In this document: piece by piece, positions 41,637 to 52,035 of the stretch
Layout: the number at the start of each line of letters is the position of its first letter
How positions within the stretch are numbered: the stretch's first letter is position 1
NCBI GenBank assembly: GCA_965246885.1
Contig: OZ251992.1
Location: 3,232,001-3,296,000, forward strand
Origin: Abditibacterium sp.
GTDB lineage: Bacteria; Armatimonadota; Abditibacteriia; Abditibacteriales; Abditibacteriaceae
Direction: 5' to 3'
Length of the DNA stretch: 64,000 bases
Notes under the pieces: generated by a model
What the model was told of the DNA's origin: nothing
Database searches by the model: none
The model's input: only the letters and a program-made list of their open reading frames with translations
Made by a program: the position numbers and the translations under genes

Positions 41637-42623
41637 TCATACGCGCCAAAAACGGAGCCGGTTCCCCGCGAAGGCGCCCGTCCACTCCACTCGTAACTCA
41701 TTTCTCCACGTCCAAACTGCACGTTTCCCATCTGTTGCCACAACCGTTAGCACCGTTTCGACCTTGCGCGCTTCAATGCCGCGCGCTTCCGGTAGCACTT
41801 CTCGCGCCCCAAGCAACAAGACGCGCCGCCCGATGGGAGCGTCCAACTGCCGAAAGCGCAGTCCATCGAGCGACAGTAGCCCCTGCGCACGCTTGACGAC
41901 CAACTCCTTCAGAGCCGCGCGCGCGGCGCCTTCCATATAGGTATCCTCCTCGCGCGCCAAGGCCGCGTTGACCGCGTAACCGCGTGCCAGTTCATCGGCA
42001 GGGCGCCCGAAAATCTCGCTCAGGAGCGGCACCACCTCAGCGCGCACGCGGTTGCGCCGGAACAAGACACTACTATTGGATTCGTCTTCCAGCCAACTCT
42101 GTTCCCGCGCCGCCAACCACGCCCGCACCTCCTCGCGCCCCACGCGCCACAACGGGCGCACTAACCGCAGCCCCTCGCCCAACGCCCGCGACGGCGCGAA
42201 ACCGCTCTGGCCGCGCACGCCCGCGCCGCGCCCGACGTTGAGCATCAGCCCTTCGAGCGCGTCGCTCGCCGTATGCGCCGTCGCCACCAAGAGACAATTG
42301 TTCGCCCGCGCCAAACGCTCCAAAGCCCCATAGCGCCCTGCCCGCGCGACGGCTTCATCCACGTGGCCGCCCTTGCGCGGCAGTTCGATGGTCTCATGGG
42401 CAAAGGCTACACTCCACCGCGCGCACTGCGCGCGGAGCCACGCTTCATCCCGCGCGCACGCGCCGCCGCGCAACTCATCGAGCGCGTGATTGACGTGCCC
42501 GACAACGACCTCGCGCCCCAAATCCCGCAGCCAAACCAGAAGCGCAACCGAATCCGCCCCCCCCGAAACTGCCGCTAACACGCGCGCGCCGGGGGGCAAC
42601 AGGGAAGCATCGGCATCAAACAT
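41637..42623 (-). CDS. tilS: tRNA(Ile)-lysidine synthetase
   Basis: AVSGGADS PP-loop, HVNH, AR..RY, TAH..SD, RPL, D.SN...RNRVR; upstream of ftsH as is common. Confidence 0.93.
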   Translation of the reverse strand: MFDADASLLPPGARVLAAVSGGADSVALLVWLRDLGREVVVGHVNHALDELRGGACARDEAWLRAQCARWSVAFAHETIELPRKGGHVDEAVARAGRYGALERLARANNCLLVATAHTASDALEGLMLNVGRGAGVRGQSGFAPSRALGEGLRLVRPLWRVGREEVRAWLAAREQSWLEDESNSSVLFRRNRVRAEVVPLLSEIFGRPADELARGYAVNAALAREEDTYMEGAARAALKELVVKRAQGLLSLDGLRFRQLDAPIGRRVLLLGAREVLPEARGIEARKVETVLTVVATDGKRAVWTWRNELRVEWTGAFAGNRLRFWRV

Positions 42624-42641
42624 CAGGGCAGTTGCGTCTCC

Positions 42642-43202
42642 TCATCGCGCGGGCACTTCGCCGCGCAGTTTTCCCTCGAAGTCATAGCAGCGCGCCATGC
42701 CGCCGCCTTCGTCCGACCCGGCGACGAACTGCTCGCGCCCGTTGCGGCCCGACACGACCACGCCCGATACGCCCGGAGTCACCACAACGCTCACCCTCGA
42801 CTTGGAGCGCGCCGACGCCAGCGAGAGGGCGCCTTGGTCATCGGTGGAACCGAGCAGCGCCGTCGGACGGTTCTGGGCGTCGAAGATGGACACGCTGCCG
42901 CCACCTTTGGACGCCACTAAACCAACGCGCACGGCGCCCGCGTTGTCCACGAGGGCAAGCGAGCCGCCGTCCTTGTTGAGCCGCGCGTCGCCCGACAACA
43001 CCGCGCGCAGTTTGCCGTCGCTCCCGACAATGTTGAGCGTGGTGAGCGTCATTTCACGCGGATTCGAGCCGCCCTGAGAAAGCGCCCGCGTCGCGCCAAC
43101 GGCCACGACCGCGCCCACAAAAAGCGCGAGCAAAAGCAATTGTTGGCGCCGCACGCGCCGTTCAAGCAGGGCCAAACGCCCTTCGAGGGATAAAGACTGC
43201 AT
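42642..43202 (-). CDS. Membrane-anchored protein with repeated beta-hairpins, hypothetical
   Basis: Short coiled coil + TM, then repeats such as LNIVGSDGKLRA, LALVDNAGAVRV, VSIFDAQNRP; GAGGGG SD. Confidence 0.7.
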   Translation of the reverse strand: MQSLSLEGRLALLERRVRRQQLLLLALFVGAVVAVGATRALSQGGSNPREMTLTTLNIVGSDGKLRAVLSGDARLNKDGGSLALVDNAGAVRVGLVASKGGGSVSIFDAQNRPTALLGSTDDQGALSLASARSKSRVSVVVTPGVSGVVVSGRNGREQFVAGSDEGGGMARCYDFEGKLRGEVPAR

Positions 43203-43220
43203 AAGAACTACCCCCTCATT

Positions 43221-43622
43221 TTAGCGCGTTTCGGGCGCGGCTCTGATGCGGCGCTTCGATATAAATTCCCACCACACCCATCCGACGAAGCCGCCGCCCG
43301 CGTAAGACAAGACATCGAGCGGGTCGCCCGGCGCGAAGTGCCCGAAAATGTCGGTTTGCGGCAACCACACTTCAAACACTACCGACCAGAACAGCACACA
43401 GGCTGCAATTTCAGGAGCGCGGGGTGGCGCCGCGTCGCGCCACCGAAAACGGGCGAAACACCACACCATAACCGGCATCCACACGGGCAAACACAGCACG
43501 TCGTTGAGCGATCCATGCCAAAACGCGCCCGCGAAATGCGGCTTAATCCACACTTTGTTCAGCGCCACCAGCGCGACGGAGCCAAGCCACAGCGCGTCGC
43601 GCGCGGGAGAATACGGTTTCAT
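43221..43622 (-). CDS. Small membrane protein, hypothetical
   Basis: ALNK..IKP, LND.L.LP, FE..LP, GD.LD.L.Y.GG pattern; ATG abuts the upstream TAA. Confidence 0.7.
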   Translation of the reverse strand: MKPYSPARDALWLGSVALVALNKVWIKPHFAGAFWHGSLNDVLCLPVWMPVMVWCFARFRWRDAAPPRAPEIAACVLFWSVVFEVWLPQTDIFGHFAPGDPLDVLSYAGGGFVGWVWWEFISKRRIRAAPETR

Positions 43623-44222
43623 TTAGTGTCCCGACGGGATGTGCGCGATGGCGATAAAAAGCGCCCCCACTGCCGCCAAAATAAACGTGGCAACCAGAGA
43701 AACAAACAAGCGCGGCCACGACTTTCTCTCGAAAGTTTCGTCTTTGCTGCCCACGAACACCAGCACGGCGCCCAACGCGAAAGAGAGAAGTAGCGCCGTC
43801 CAAAGGGGGCGCGCGTTCGCGTCGAACAGCAGTTGCCCCGGCGTCAGTTGGCTTTCGGGCGGCGTTGGGTTTTGGTTCGACAAGTCCGCGTCTAAGCCCA
43901 CGCCGCCCCGCACTCCGTCGCGCCCCAGCGATTCGACGAGCGGCACCCCACCAGACAGCGAATAGAGGAAGGGCCGCTCCCACCCGTCGAACCAATATCC
44001 CAAGCCCGCCGCTTCCAGAGTCGGGGGATACACGCCCGTTTTCGCGCGGTAGTCGGCCAAAACGCGGTCGGTCTTCAAGAGCATCCGGCGCGTCTGATTT
44101 TGGGGATATTGGATGGCGTAGCGGATGCTTTGAAACGCCATCGGAAGCGTCACTCCCATCAGCGCCGCGCCAAACGCGAGAGCCAAGACCAACCGAACAA
44201 CCAACTTCTTCGCGGGAGTCAT
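43623..44222 (-). CDS. Membrane protein containing a GspG (T2SS pseudopilin)-like domain
   Basis: LADYRAKTGVYP, DGWERPFLY, SLGRDG..GG.G.DADLSN flanked by TM helices. Confidence 0.75.
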   Translation of the reverse strand: MTPAKKLVVRLVLALAFGAALMGVTLPMAFQSIRYAIQYPQNQTRRMLLKTDRVLADYRAKTGVYPPTLEAAGLGYWFDGWERPFLYSLSGGVPLVESLGRDGVRGGVGLDADLSNQNPTPPESQLTPGQLLFDANARPLWTALLLSFALGAVLVFVGSKDETFERKSWPRLFVSLVATFILAAVGALFIAIAHIPSGH

Positions 44223-44283
44223 GGCGCACAATGTAGCCCATCGAATACGCGGACTGCAAGCACTCAAGTGCCCCGCCCTTGCC

Positions 44284-44799
44284 CTACGAGTGCCGCCGCA
44301 GCAGCAACTCGAAGTCCCAAGGCGCGACTTGTTCGGGTTCGGCGCCGGGGAAGAGCGTCACGCCCGCCGCTTCGTAGGCTTGCACGACCAGTTGCGCGCA
44401 CGAAACGCGGTCGCGCTGGCGCCAGATAACATCCACCGACCCGAAAAGCGGCTCCAACAAACGGTCTACCATCAGGGCGACGATGCTGCCGTAAGCGTAC
44501 GGCACGCCGACCTGCGTTTCCGCCCATGCCAAAGCGCGGCGCCCCACTTCCGGCCCGCCCGGAGCGGGCATGACTCGCACCCGCAAGCGCACTTTGGCCG
44601 CTTCCAAATCGCGCTTCACCACTCCCGTCACGCGCGACTCGACGACCCAACCATTGCCCGCATACAACCCGACGTGGTGATAGCGCGAGCCGGACAAAAA
44701 CGGAATCAAGCGACTCCACCCGCTCGCATGGCGAAAGAGCAGGATGTCCCCCGGCGAGGCTTTGTCCAACACCGTCCGGCGCGAGGGAGAAAAATTCAT
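44284..44799 (-). CDS. Permuted papain-like NlpC/P60 (YiiX/YebB-type) enzyme
   Basis: PGDILLF, YHHVGLY, G.PY.Y, SCAQLV..AY, VAP.DF. Confidence 0.85.
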   Translation of the reverse strand: MNFSPSRRTVLDKASPGDILLFRHASGWSRLIPFLSGSRYHHVGLYAGNGWVVESRVTGVVKRDLEAAKVRLRVRVMPAPGGPEVGRRALAWAETQVGVPYAYGSIVALMVDRLLEPLFGSVDVIWRQRDRVSCAQLVVQAYEAAGVTLFPGAEPEQVAPWDFELLLRRHS

Positions 44800-44862
44800 C
44801 GTCCCGCCCTCACTGCGAATACGCCGCCAACGCGGGCGCCGCCGTCCGCCACGCCGCGACCA

Positions 44863-45038
44863 CCTCCCCGCGTCCCGTGATTTCCTCCCCGCGCGGGGAA
44901 AATACCTCCCCGCACGCCATAAATACCTCCCCTCGTCCCATGATTTCCTCCCCGCATGGAATAAACTCCTCCCCGCGTCGCGCTACCGCCTCCCCGCACG
45001 CAGTTTGGGGAGGAATTTTTTCCATGCGGGGAGGCGGT
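44863..45038. repeat. 21-bp array D: 7 direct CCTCCCC units plus 2 inverted units
   Basis: cctcccc at 44863, 44884, 44905, 44926, 44947, 44968, 44989; ggggagg at 45007 and 45028. Confidence 0.9.
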
Positions 45039-45062
45039 GAGCCAACCACCGAGGTACGATAA

Positions 45063-45437
45063 TCAGGCAAAGATGCTCGTTCTCAGGCCACAGACGAATT
45101 GGCAAGGAGAAAGCAAAAACGCGCTTAGGCGACGGAGGAGACGTTCATGGCGTTCAGGAGAAATCGAACCAATTTTTCCGCGCACATCTCTCGCCGGAAC
45201 CACAGATAGAAAACCAACGCGGATAAGAGAAGATTCTTTTAAATGGCTGGAACCAAAGTCGTCATCCTCAGGTTCGATTCTTTCATCTAGTCTTACAACT
45301 TCGAGGTCAAGTTGTGTTGAAATGCCACACAGCATAAAATCGTCGTAAGGGGGCACGAACTTGAGAACGATGGCCGGACGCAACTTCCAATCGTTCTCTT
45401 GCGGCAAATCGGCCAAGACCACGTCGCCTTCGCTCAT
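45063..45437 (-). CDS. PemK/MazF-family toxin
   Basis: GDVVLADLP..N..K.RPAIVL, CGISTQ, S.L...SLIR, G.IS. Confidence 0.88.
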   Translation of the reverse strand: MSEGDVVLADLPQENDWKLRPAIVLKFVPPYDDFMLCGISTQLDLEVVRLDERIEPEDDDFGSSHLKESSLIRVGFLSVVPARDVRGKIGSISPERHERLLRRLSAFLLSPCQFVCGLRTSIFA

Positions 45438-45628
45438 AGCAAGTCATTCAGCGTGTATTCCGGCTCGTTTGACCCATAAGCGCGAGACAGCGAATGAAGA
45501 GCGAGCAAGCGCCACGCTTGCCTCCCCTCATCTTCAGGCGAGAGGATCGTTACCAAAAGCTGCGCGTTTTGTGGCAACTCAAAGGGTTCATCGAGTCGAA
45601 TGTGATCGCCCTCGACATGGGCTTTCAA
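45434..45628 (-). CDS. Probable antitoxin (DUF104/AF2212-like)
   Basis: KAHVEG..I.LDEP.ELP.NA.LLVTIL...L.RAYG..EPEY; ATGA overlap with the toxin; TTG start uncertain. Confidence 0.7.
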   Translation of the reverse strand: MKAHVEGDHIRLDEPFELPQNAQLLVTILSPEDEGRQAWRLLALHSLSRAYGSNEPEYTLNDLL

Positions 45629-45689
45629 AACGGTGGGCTTAACCGGAGTTTAAAGCGCCGCAAGGGATTCTCGCGGCGCTTCCAATCCC

Positions 45690-47492
45690 TTATCCATAAA
45701 GCGGCCCGTAGGCGGCGCAGGCGCGGTAGTCGGCTCCCTTGTCTTCGAGGCCGCCGAAGCGGTTCCAACTGGCGGGGCGAAAGACATCGGCGTCGGAAAC
45801 ATTGTGCATTTCGACGGGGATGCGGAGGATGGCGGCGAGAGCCAACAGGTCGGCGCCGATGTGCCCGTAGGCGGCGACGCAGTGATTGGCGCCCCAACTG
45901 TTCATCACGGAGTAGGCGTCGCGGAACTGGGCCTGCCCCGTAAGAATCGGCGCGAACCACGTCGTCGGCCACGTCGGGTTGGTGCGACTATCAAGGGCGT
46001 CGTGAACCGCGTCGGGCAAATTCACAACATAACCTTCGGCGATTTGCAGGACGGGGCCGAGGTGCTTGACGAGGTTGAGGCGGTACATCGTCGCGGGCAT
46101 TTCGCCGCGCGTCGTGAAATCGGTAGACCAGCCGCCAGCCGGGAAATAGCCGAGGTCGGACGGGCACCATTTCGTCGCCTTGAGGCACTTGTCTGCGTCT
46201 TCGGGGGTGATGTTCCACCACGATTTGAGCGCCGGATTGCCGTTGGCGTCGTTCATCTCGCCCGTCCAGTCGAGGGCGGCGGGGCCGGAGTTGATGAGAT
46301 GGAGCAAGCCCGACGCGGCATGGCCCGACAGTTCGTGGCCCGTCGCGGCGCGGACGGCATCGGCGCTCCAGAAGGTGCGCAGGTCGGCAAACAGGGTGGC
46401 TTGCCCCTGCGTCAAGAGGTGGCCAAACAACATGCCGGCGCCGTTGAGGGCGTCGTTTTCGGTTGCGAGCATGAACGCTTGGCGGATGCCGTTCCAGTCG
46501 AAGCTCGTCGTGAGGATGGCTTCCAAAAAGTCGCCGTTGGGGCGGGCGTCCGTCCATTGGCGCTGGCCTTGAAAGCCCGCCGCGAGCGCGTTGTGGCCGC
46601 GCGCTTCCTCGCCAAAACCCATGTCGGCGAGCTTGGGGTTGCCGATCATCAAGTCGCGCCCGATGAGCGCCATTTTGATGCTCGTCGCCCAGTCCTCGTC
46701 CTTTTGCGCGCTCGTGCGCTGCTTGTCGGGCGCGTTGGTGTCGGCGCCTTCGGGACAGTTTTTCCCCACCCATTCGACGGCGCGCTCGAACTCTTCGGCG
46801 TCGTAGATGCCGCGCTCGATGCGGCGGATGAACTCGGTCATATCCACCGACTCCGAGCGCATGCCCAAGTAATCCTCGAAGAACTCCGGCGACACCACGC
46901 TGCCCGCTATGCCCATTGAGGTGCCGCCCATTGCCAGATACGAGGTGCCGCGCATCGTCGCGGCGGCCAAGCCCGCGCGGGCGAAGAGCAGGATTTTGGC
47001 GGACACATCGGCGGGAATCGAGGTGTCGTCGGCGTTTTGCACGTCGCGGCCATAAATGCCAAAGGCGGGGATGCCCTTTTGCGCGTGTCCGGCGAGCGCC
47101 GCCGCGAGGTAAACGGCGCCGGGGCGCTCGGTTCCGTTGAAGCCCCACACGGCTTTGGGCGTGATGGGGTTCATGTCCATCGTTTCGCTCCCGTAGCACC
47201 AGCACGGCGTGACGGTAAGCGACACGCCCACGCCCTCGCGCTCGAACTTGGCCGCGCAAGCCGCGCTTTGCGCGACCCCGCCAATCGTCGTATCCGCGAT
47301 GACGCACTCGACGGGCAAGCCGCAAGCGTGCCGGATGTTCTCGCTGATGAGCGCCGCCACGTTGCGGGCCATCAGCATGGTGCGCTCTTCGAGCGACTCG
47401 CGCACGCCGCCCAAGCGCCCGTCGATGGTGGGCCGGATGCCAATCTTGGGCAAGGGCGTTTGCAAGCGGTTGGTGGGTTGTTGGATATTCAT
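45690..47492 (-). CDS. fucI: L-fucose isomerase
   Basis: [56 protein letters not shown]. Confidence 0.97.
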   Translation of the reverse strand: MNIQQPTNRLQTPLPKIGIRPTIDGRLGGVRESLEERTMLMARNVAALISENIRHACGLPVECVIADTTIGGVAQSAACAAKFEREGVGVSLTVTPCWCYGSETMDMNPITPKAVWGFNGTERPGAVYLAAALAGHAQKGIPAFGIYGRDVQNADDTSIPADVSAKILLFARAGLAAATMRGTSYLAMGGTSMGIAGSVVSPEFFEDYLGMRSESVDMTEFIRRIERGIYDAEEFERAVEWVGKNCPEGADTNAPDKQRTSAQKDEDWATSIKMALIGRDLMIGNPKLADMGFGEEARGHNALAAGFQGQRQWTDARPNGDFLEAILTTSFDWNGIRQAFMLATENDALNGAGMLFGHLLTQGQATLFADLRTFWSADAVRAATGHELSGHAASGLLHLINSGPAALDWTGEMNDANGNPALKSWWNITPEDADKCLKATKWCPSDLGYFPAGGWSTDFTTRGEMPATMYRLNLVKHLGPVLQIAEGYVVNLPDAVHDALDSRTNPTWPTTWFAPILTGQAQFRDAYSVMNSWGANHCVAAYGHIGADLLALAAILRIPVEMHNVSDADVFRPASWNRFGGLEDKGADYRACAAYGPLYG

Positions 47493-49477
47493 GGTGTGTT
47501 CGGTAGAGGTTTAGCACGTCGGAGAAGCGCGGCGATTTGTTTACGGCCCGCGTCTATTACTGGCTTGAGATGAGCGCTGGCTTCCTTCCGGTAAAGGCTA
47601 ACTTGTTCGGGTGTCGCAGCGTAGAAGCTCAACATCTGATCGAGCCGACGCCTTTGGGCGGCGCTGGAAAGAGGCAGTGCGCCAGTTTCAAAGGCGCGGC
47701 TTGCTACGGCGCGCGGCGACAAGCCGTTCTTGCTCTTGAAGTCGGGGGTGGCGCCGCAGTGGAGGAAAAAGCGCGCGGCCTCGACATCGCCGTTGAAGCA
47801 CGCCTTGTAAAGCGGAGTAACGCCCGCGTTGTTGGGCGCATCCCATCCGGGCACGTTGGCGCCGCGTAGCAGGGCAAGGCGCTCGTCGGAAACAGCGAGG
47901 TGGAAGGCGGTGTTGCCCTCGTTGTCGCGCGCCGCGCGGTTGGCGGGGCTTTGCAGGAGCGCCTCGATAACGGGAAAAGAAACTTTCGCGTGGGGGTCGT
48001 AGACGTTGCTGTAAGGGCGCGCGTAATAACCCCCGGTGCTAACGGCGACCAAGAACGCGGTGTTGCCGTCGGCGTCGCGTGCTTCCAAGAAGGCGGGCGA
48101 AGAGTTGGCGCGCACCAGCGTTTTCACGATGGGGCCAGACCACAAGGCGGCGTAGTGCAACGCGGTGTTGCCCGCTTTGTCTTTGGACAACAGGTCGGCG
48201 CCATGCGCGCACAAAAGCCGCGCGGCTTCCTCGCTTCCACTGCCCCGGTCGCTGGCTAAAGCCGCGAACATGAGCGGCGTCACGCCGTTCTTGTCGCGCG
48301 CGTTCGGGTCGGCGCCGCGTGTTAGCAGGAGTTCCTGCGCGGGATTGTTCGTCGGCTTATCAGGATAAGCCGCTTTCGCCGCCGGGGTGTCGGGAATAAG
48401 ATGTTCCGTGTCGGCGGCGAAAAGCGGCGTTGCTCCGTCGAGCATCGTGCCCGCGATGCTTGGGTCTGTTCCTTTGGCTTCGATGTCGGCGCCCGCGTCC
48501 AAAAACATCTTCACGCTCTCGATTGCGCCCGCCTTCGCCGCCGCGTGCAAAGGCGTCCATCCTTTTGCGTTAGCTTCTTTCGGGTCAGCGCCATGCGCGA
48601 GCAAGCGTTTGACGAGTTCGCTTGCAGTGGGAAAGTCCAGCGCCGCAAACGAGGGTTTTGCGGGCAGCAGTTTCCGCTTGGCCAATTCGTCTATGAGGAG
48701 AGGTTCGCTGCGCCCGTCTCCCGCCGCCATTTGGAGTAACTTCGGCGCGAGCGCGGGCTTCACGTCAGCACCGTTTTGCAATAGCACGCGCGCGTTGACG
48801 GAAGACTCCTCTCGGACGGCGTTGTCGAGTGCCGTGCCTCCGCCTTTGGCGCGCTCGTTGATGCGCGCGCCGCGCGCGAGCAGCATTTTGATGAGGCGCC
48901 CATCGGGGAAGTGCGCTATAGAGGAGCCTTCGCTTTGTTGCGTCGCGGCGACCATAAGCGGCGTCGCCCATTCCCTCTCACCGTTGAAGTAGTCCCACCA
49001 CCCGCCCGCGTTCGGGTCGGCGCCGCCATCGAGGAGGATTTGGGTTAATTGCTCGGACTCTCCCTCAGAGCGGAGCGCGTTTTGAAGCGCGTCGAAGTCG
49101 GGCTTGGCGCCGTGAGCAACGAGCCAGCGAAACAACGCGGGCTGATCCCCGTATATCCTATCGGTTGCAAAGGGATGGGGCGGCAAGGGGGCTTTGACGC
49201 GCGCAAAGGCGTTCAATATCTGGAGGTCGCCTTGCCCTATGGCTAATACAAAAGCGGCGGAGCGGTTGTAACCGGGATTGGCACCGCGTGCCACCAAGTC
49301 CAAGGCGCGGCGGCGTTGCTCCGGGGTGTTGCTCCACTGCATCGCTTCCACAAGCGCCTTATCGAGTTGCCGTTGCCGCGTTTGTTGCGGCGCGGCGTTG
49401 GGTTTGACGCGCGCACGCGGCGCGGCGACGACGGGAACGGCCAACGAAAGGGCAACGGCGAAAGGAGCGATTTTCAT
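47489..49477 (-). CDS. Secreted ankyrin-repeat protein
   Basis: Signal peptide; many G.TPLH/GNTAL...GAD.N ankyrin repeats. Confidence 0.9.
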   Translation of the reverse strand: MKIAPFAVALSLAVPVVAAPRARVKPNAAPQQTRQRQLDKALVEAMQWSNTPEQRRRALDLVARGANPGYNRSAAFVLAIGQGDLQILNAFARVKAPLPPHPFATDRIYGDQPALFRWLVAHGAKPDFDALQNALRSEGESEQLTQILLDGGADPNAGGWWDYFNGEREWATPLMVAATQQSEGSSIAHFPDGRLIKMLLARGARINERAKGGGTALDNAVREESSVNARVLLQNGADVKPALAPKLLQMAAGDGRSEPLLIDELAKRKLLPAKPSFAALDFPTASELVKRLLAHGADPKEANAKGWTPLHAAAKAGAIESVKMFLDAGADIEAKGTDPSIAGTMLDGATPLFAADTEHLIPDTPAAKAAYPDKPTNNPAQELLLTRGADPNARDKNGVTPLMFAALASDRGSGSEEAARLLCAHGADLLSKDKAGNTALHYAALWSGPIVKTLVRANSSPAFLEARDADGNTAFLVAVSTGGYYARPYSNVYDPHAKVSFPVIEALLQSPANRAARDNEGNTAFHLAVSDERLALLRGANVPGWDAPNNAGVTPLYKACFNGDVEAARFFLHCGATPDFKSKNGLSPRAVASRAFETGALPLSSAAQRRRLDQMLSFYAATPEQVSLYRKEASAHLKPVIDAGRKQIAALLRRAKPLPNTP

Positions 49478-49498
49478 GGAGAGAAGTTTGATGCCGGT

Positions 49499-50467
49499 TT
49501 ATTTGTCACCTACCGCGCGGCGGACGCGGCGGGTGTTTACCACGACGAGGAGTTGGCGCGCGTCGGTGGCGGGGGACATGCGGATGGCGAAGGGTTGCTC
49601 GTCGCCGACGTTGGCCGTGATGGAGACGGTGCGACTGCCGAAGTGCGGCTCGATGGCGACCTCGACGAGGCCGTTTTGAAGGCGGGTGACGCCCGCGCGG
49701 ATGCCGATGGCGGTAGTCACAAGAGCAAAGCGCGGCGGTGCGAGCGCCGGGGTTTCGTTCAAACCGAGGGCCGTGAACGAGGGCCGCTTCGACTCGCCGT
49801 CCAAGCCGTCAATGACCGTCACGCGCGGCGCCGTTAAAGCAACGGGCGCTTTGGGGGAGAACAAGCGCGCGAGACGGGCCTCGAAGTCGGGCGGCAAGGC
49901 CGTCGCAGAACCAAAAGTGTCGGCGGATTCGCCCCTCAACGTGTCGAATTGGAGGCCCAATGCGGGCAAGTCAGTGAGGCCAACGCGGTAGAAGCGCGCT
50001 TCGATCTCGTATTGCACGAGCGCGACATCGAGCGTGGGAAGCAACTTGCCGAGCGCGTCCAAGCCCTCCTGCGTGCCAACGGCGAACAGGGCGCCCTGCG
50101 GGTCAATGGCGCTTATTTTCTGTATCCCGGCGGGCAGCACCAAACCGACTGGCCCGTTGGCGTTGCCGGGGAGTCGCGGACGCGGCTTGACTACCCCGTC
50201 AGGCCCCATTTCAGCGCCGATTTGGATGCTGAGGTTGAGGCTCGCTGTCCGGCCCCACAAGATGTCAAGCGGCATCGACTGATGCGCTGGGTCGAACCAA
50301 TACGCCACCAAGGACGGCTTGACGTTGCGCAGTTCAAAGACGCGGGTATGCAATTCCGGCGTGAGCACGATGCCGCCCGCTTGGGCAGGGGCGGGCACAA
50401 GGGGCGCGGCGCCCAGTAGTAGCGCGGCGGACAGGAGCAAGGGCGAAGAAAAGCGGAAGCGGTGCAT
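49499..50467 (-). CDS. Compact secretin-like protein
   Basis: Signal peptide; secretin N-domain-like IDPQGALFAVGT...LD....YEIEARF, APRVTVIDG, terminal LLVVVNTRRV. Confidence 0.65.
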   Translation of the reverse strand: MHRFRFSSPLLLSAALLLGAAPLVPAPAQAGGIVLTPELHTRVFELRNVKPSLVAYWFDPAHQSMPLDILWGRTASLNLSIQIGAEMGPDGVVKPRPRLPGNANGPVGLVLPAGIQKISAIDPQGALFAVGTQEGLDALGKLLPTLDVALVQYEIEARFYRVGLTDLPALGLQFDTLRGESADTFGSATALPPDFEARLARLFSPKAPVALTAPRVTVIDGLDGESKRPSFTALGLNETPALAPPRFALVTTAIGIRAGVTRLQNGLVEVAIEPHFGSRTVSITANVGDEQPFAIRMSPATDARQLLVVVNTRRVRRAVGDK

Positions 50468-50515
50468 ATCGGCTCGCAGTTAGCCCTAAACGGCGCCGTA
50501 ATTCAAGGAGCAATC

Positions 50516-50701
50516 ATGACCGATGACAACCAAACACCCGCGCCCGAACCCACCGCCGACGCCCCAACGCTTCCACACGCCATTCAGGATACTGGCGAGG
50601 ACAACCCTCCGCCGCTTTACATTCAAGGCTTCGGCGTGATGGGCCAAGCCGTGCCGGATGTAGCGACCGGTTCTACCCCCGTCACGCGGCACGATGATTA
50701 A
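50516..50701 (+). CDS. Small acidic Pro-rich protein (61 aa)
   Basis: AAGGAG SD 5 nt before ATG; fills the intergenic gap. Confidence 0.6.
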   Translation: MTDDNQTPAPEPTADAPTLPHAIQDTGEDNPPPLYIQGFGVMGQAVPDVATGSTPVTRHDD

Positions 50702-51369
50702 CGGGCCAAGCGCTCCGGCTCCAAAATATGCAGCGTCATTTCACGGGGCAGCGTCTCCATCGAGAGCGTTATCTCCGCTTTGCTGTCCTCTACTATGGGG
50801 CCGCTCCACAGCGCGCGGAAAGTGGCGAGCGGCTCTAACTGCATCTTCAAACCCGGCACGCCGTAGTGCATCGGGATGACGGCGCGGGGCTGTAGCTCTT
50901 CGAGAAACGCCATCAGGTCGGGGAGCGCGATGGTGGGCGGGCCGCCGACGGGGGCGAGAACGATGTCTATCTCGCCTAAGGCTTCGAGGTATTCGTCGCC
51001 CAAAGCGTGTCCGACATCGCCCATGTGGAGGAGGCGCAGGTTTTCACTCGTGATTTTAACCAAGGCGTTGGGGCCGTCGGGTTCGCCGCCGTCGTCGGGC
51101 CAATTCTCGAAGACGGGGAAGGCTTCCAAGCCGATGCCGTCGAAGTCCCACGCTTGGCCCACGTGTTCAAGCGCGTGGTAGAGCGTCCAGTCGCCGCCGA
51201 CGCTTTCCATGTGCGAGTGCCATTTGGGGTTCTCGTGGGAGATGGACACCAGATCGGCGCGGGCGTCGAGCGGGGCGTAGCCAATGTCGGGCGAGAACGG
51301 GTCGAAGACGAGGTCGTAGCCGAGGGTTTGGAGTTGGAACGCGGCGTGGCCAAGGAAGGAAAGGCGCAT
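50698..51369 (-). CDS. Metallo-beta-lactamase fold hydrolase
   Basis: LGHAAF, DPF, SHE..WHS, HMGD.GH, IPMHY. Confidence 0.88.
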   Translation of the reverse strand: MRLSFLGHAAFQLQTLGYDLVFDPFSPDIGYAPLDARADLVSISHENPKWHSHMESVGGDWTLYHALEHVGQAWDFDGIGLEAFPVFENWPDDGGEPDGPNALVKITSENLRLLHMGDVGHALGDEYLEALGEIDIVLAPVGGPPTIALPDLMAFLEELQPRAVIPMHYGVPGLKMQLEPLATFRALWSGPIVEDSKAEITLSMETLPREMTLHILEPERLAR

Positions 51370-51435
51370 GCCGTCAGTGTGGTGAATTTCGCAAAAGCGC
51401 GAAGCGACGGCGCGCGCGGCGCGTGTGGAGAAGGG

Positions 51436-52026
51436 ATGCCCAAACGCTTTATCGTCGCCCTGACCGGCGCGTCCGGCGCGCTGTATGCCCTGCGCTTGCT
51501 CGTCAAGTTGGCGGACGCGGGCCACGCCATTGACTTGGTTGCGTCCGAAGCGGGATGCGTGTCGCTCGCGGCGGAAACCGACATTCACCTCAACGCCGCT
51601 CGCTTGGATGCCGAAAAGCTCTTGCCCGGTCGCACGGGAAGCGTGACGGTTCACGGGCCGCGCGAGATTGGCGCTTCGATTGCGTCGGGGTCGGTGCGGC
51701 ACGACGGTATGGTGATCGTGCCCTGCTCGATGGGCACGCTCGCGCGAGTGGCGAACGGGTTCGCCGACTCGCTCATCACCCGCGCCGCCGATGTCTGCCT
51801 CAAAGAGCGCCGCCCATTGCTGCTCGTGACGCGCGAACTGCCCTTGTCGCTCGTGCATCTTCGCAACATGATGCTCGCCACCGAAGCGGGCGCGACGGTG
51901 TTCCATGCGTGCCCGCACTTCTACAGTCGCCCGCAAACCGTAGAAGAAGTCGTAGACACCGTCGTTGACCGCGTGTTAGACCACTTGGGCGTCGAGACCG
52001 ATACCGCGCGCTGGAAGGAGCACTAA
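51436..52026 (+). CDS. ubiX: Flavin prenyltransferase
   Basis: LTGASG, IASGS, PCSMGTL, RAADVCLKERR.L.LV.RE.P, P.FY.RP. Confidence 0.95.
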   Translation: MPKRFIVALTGASGALYALRLLVKLADAGHAIDLVASEAGCVSLAAETDIHLNAARLDAEKLLPGRTGSVTVHGPREIGASIASGSVRHDGMVIVPCSMGTLARVANGFADSLITRAADVCLKERRPLLLVTRELPLSLVHLRNMMLATEAGATVFHACPHFYSRPQTVEEVVDTVVDRVLDHLGVETDTARWKEH

Positions 52027-52035
52027 CCACAACCC

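Noticed and set aside
50698..52026. Long ORFs 50698-51936 (-) and 51007-52026 (+) suggesting MBL or UbiX fusions
   Set aside because: Two divergent genes (starts 51369 and 51436), each extended by the antisense frame of the other
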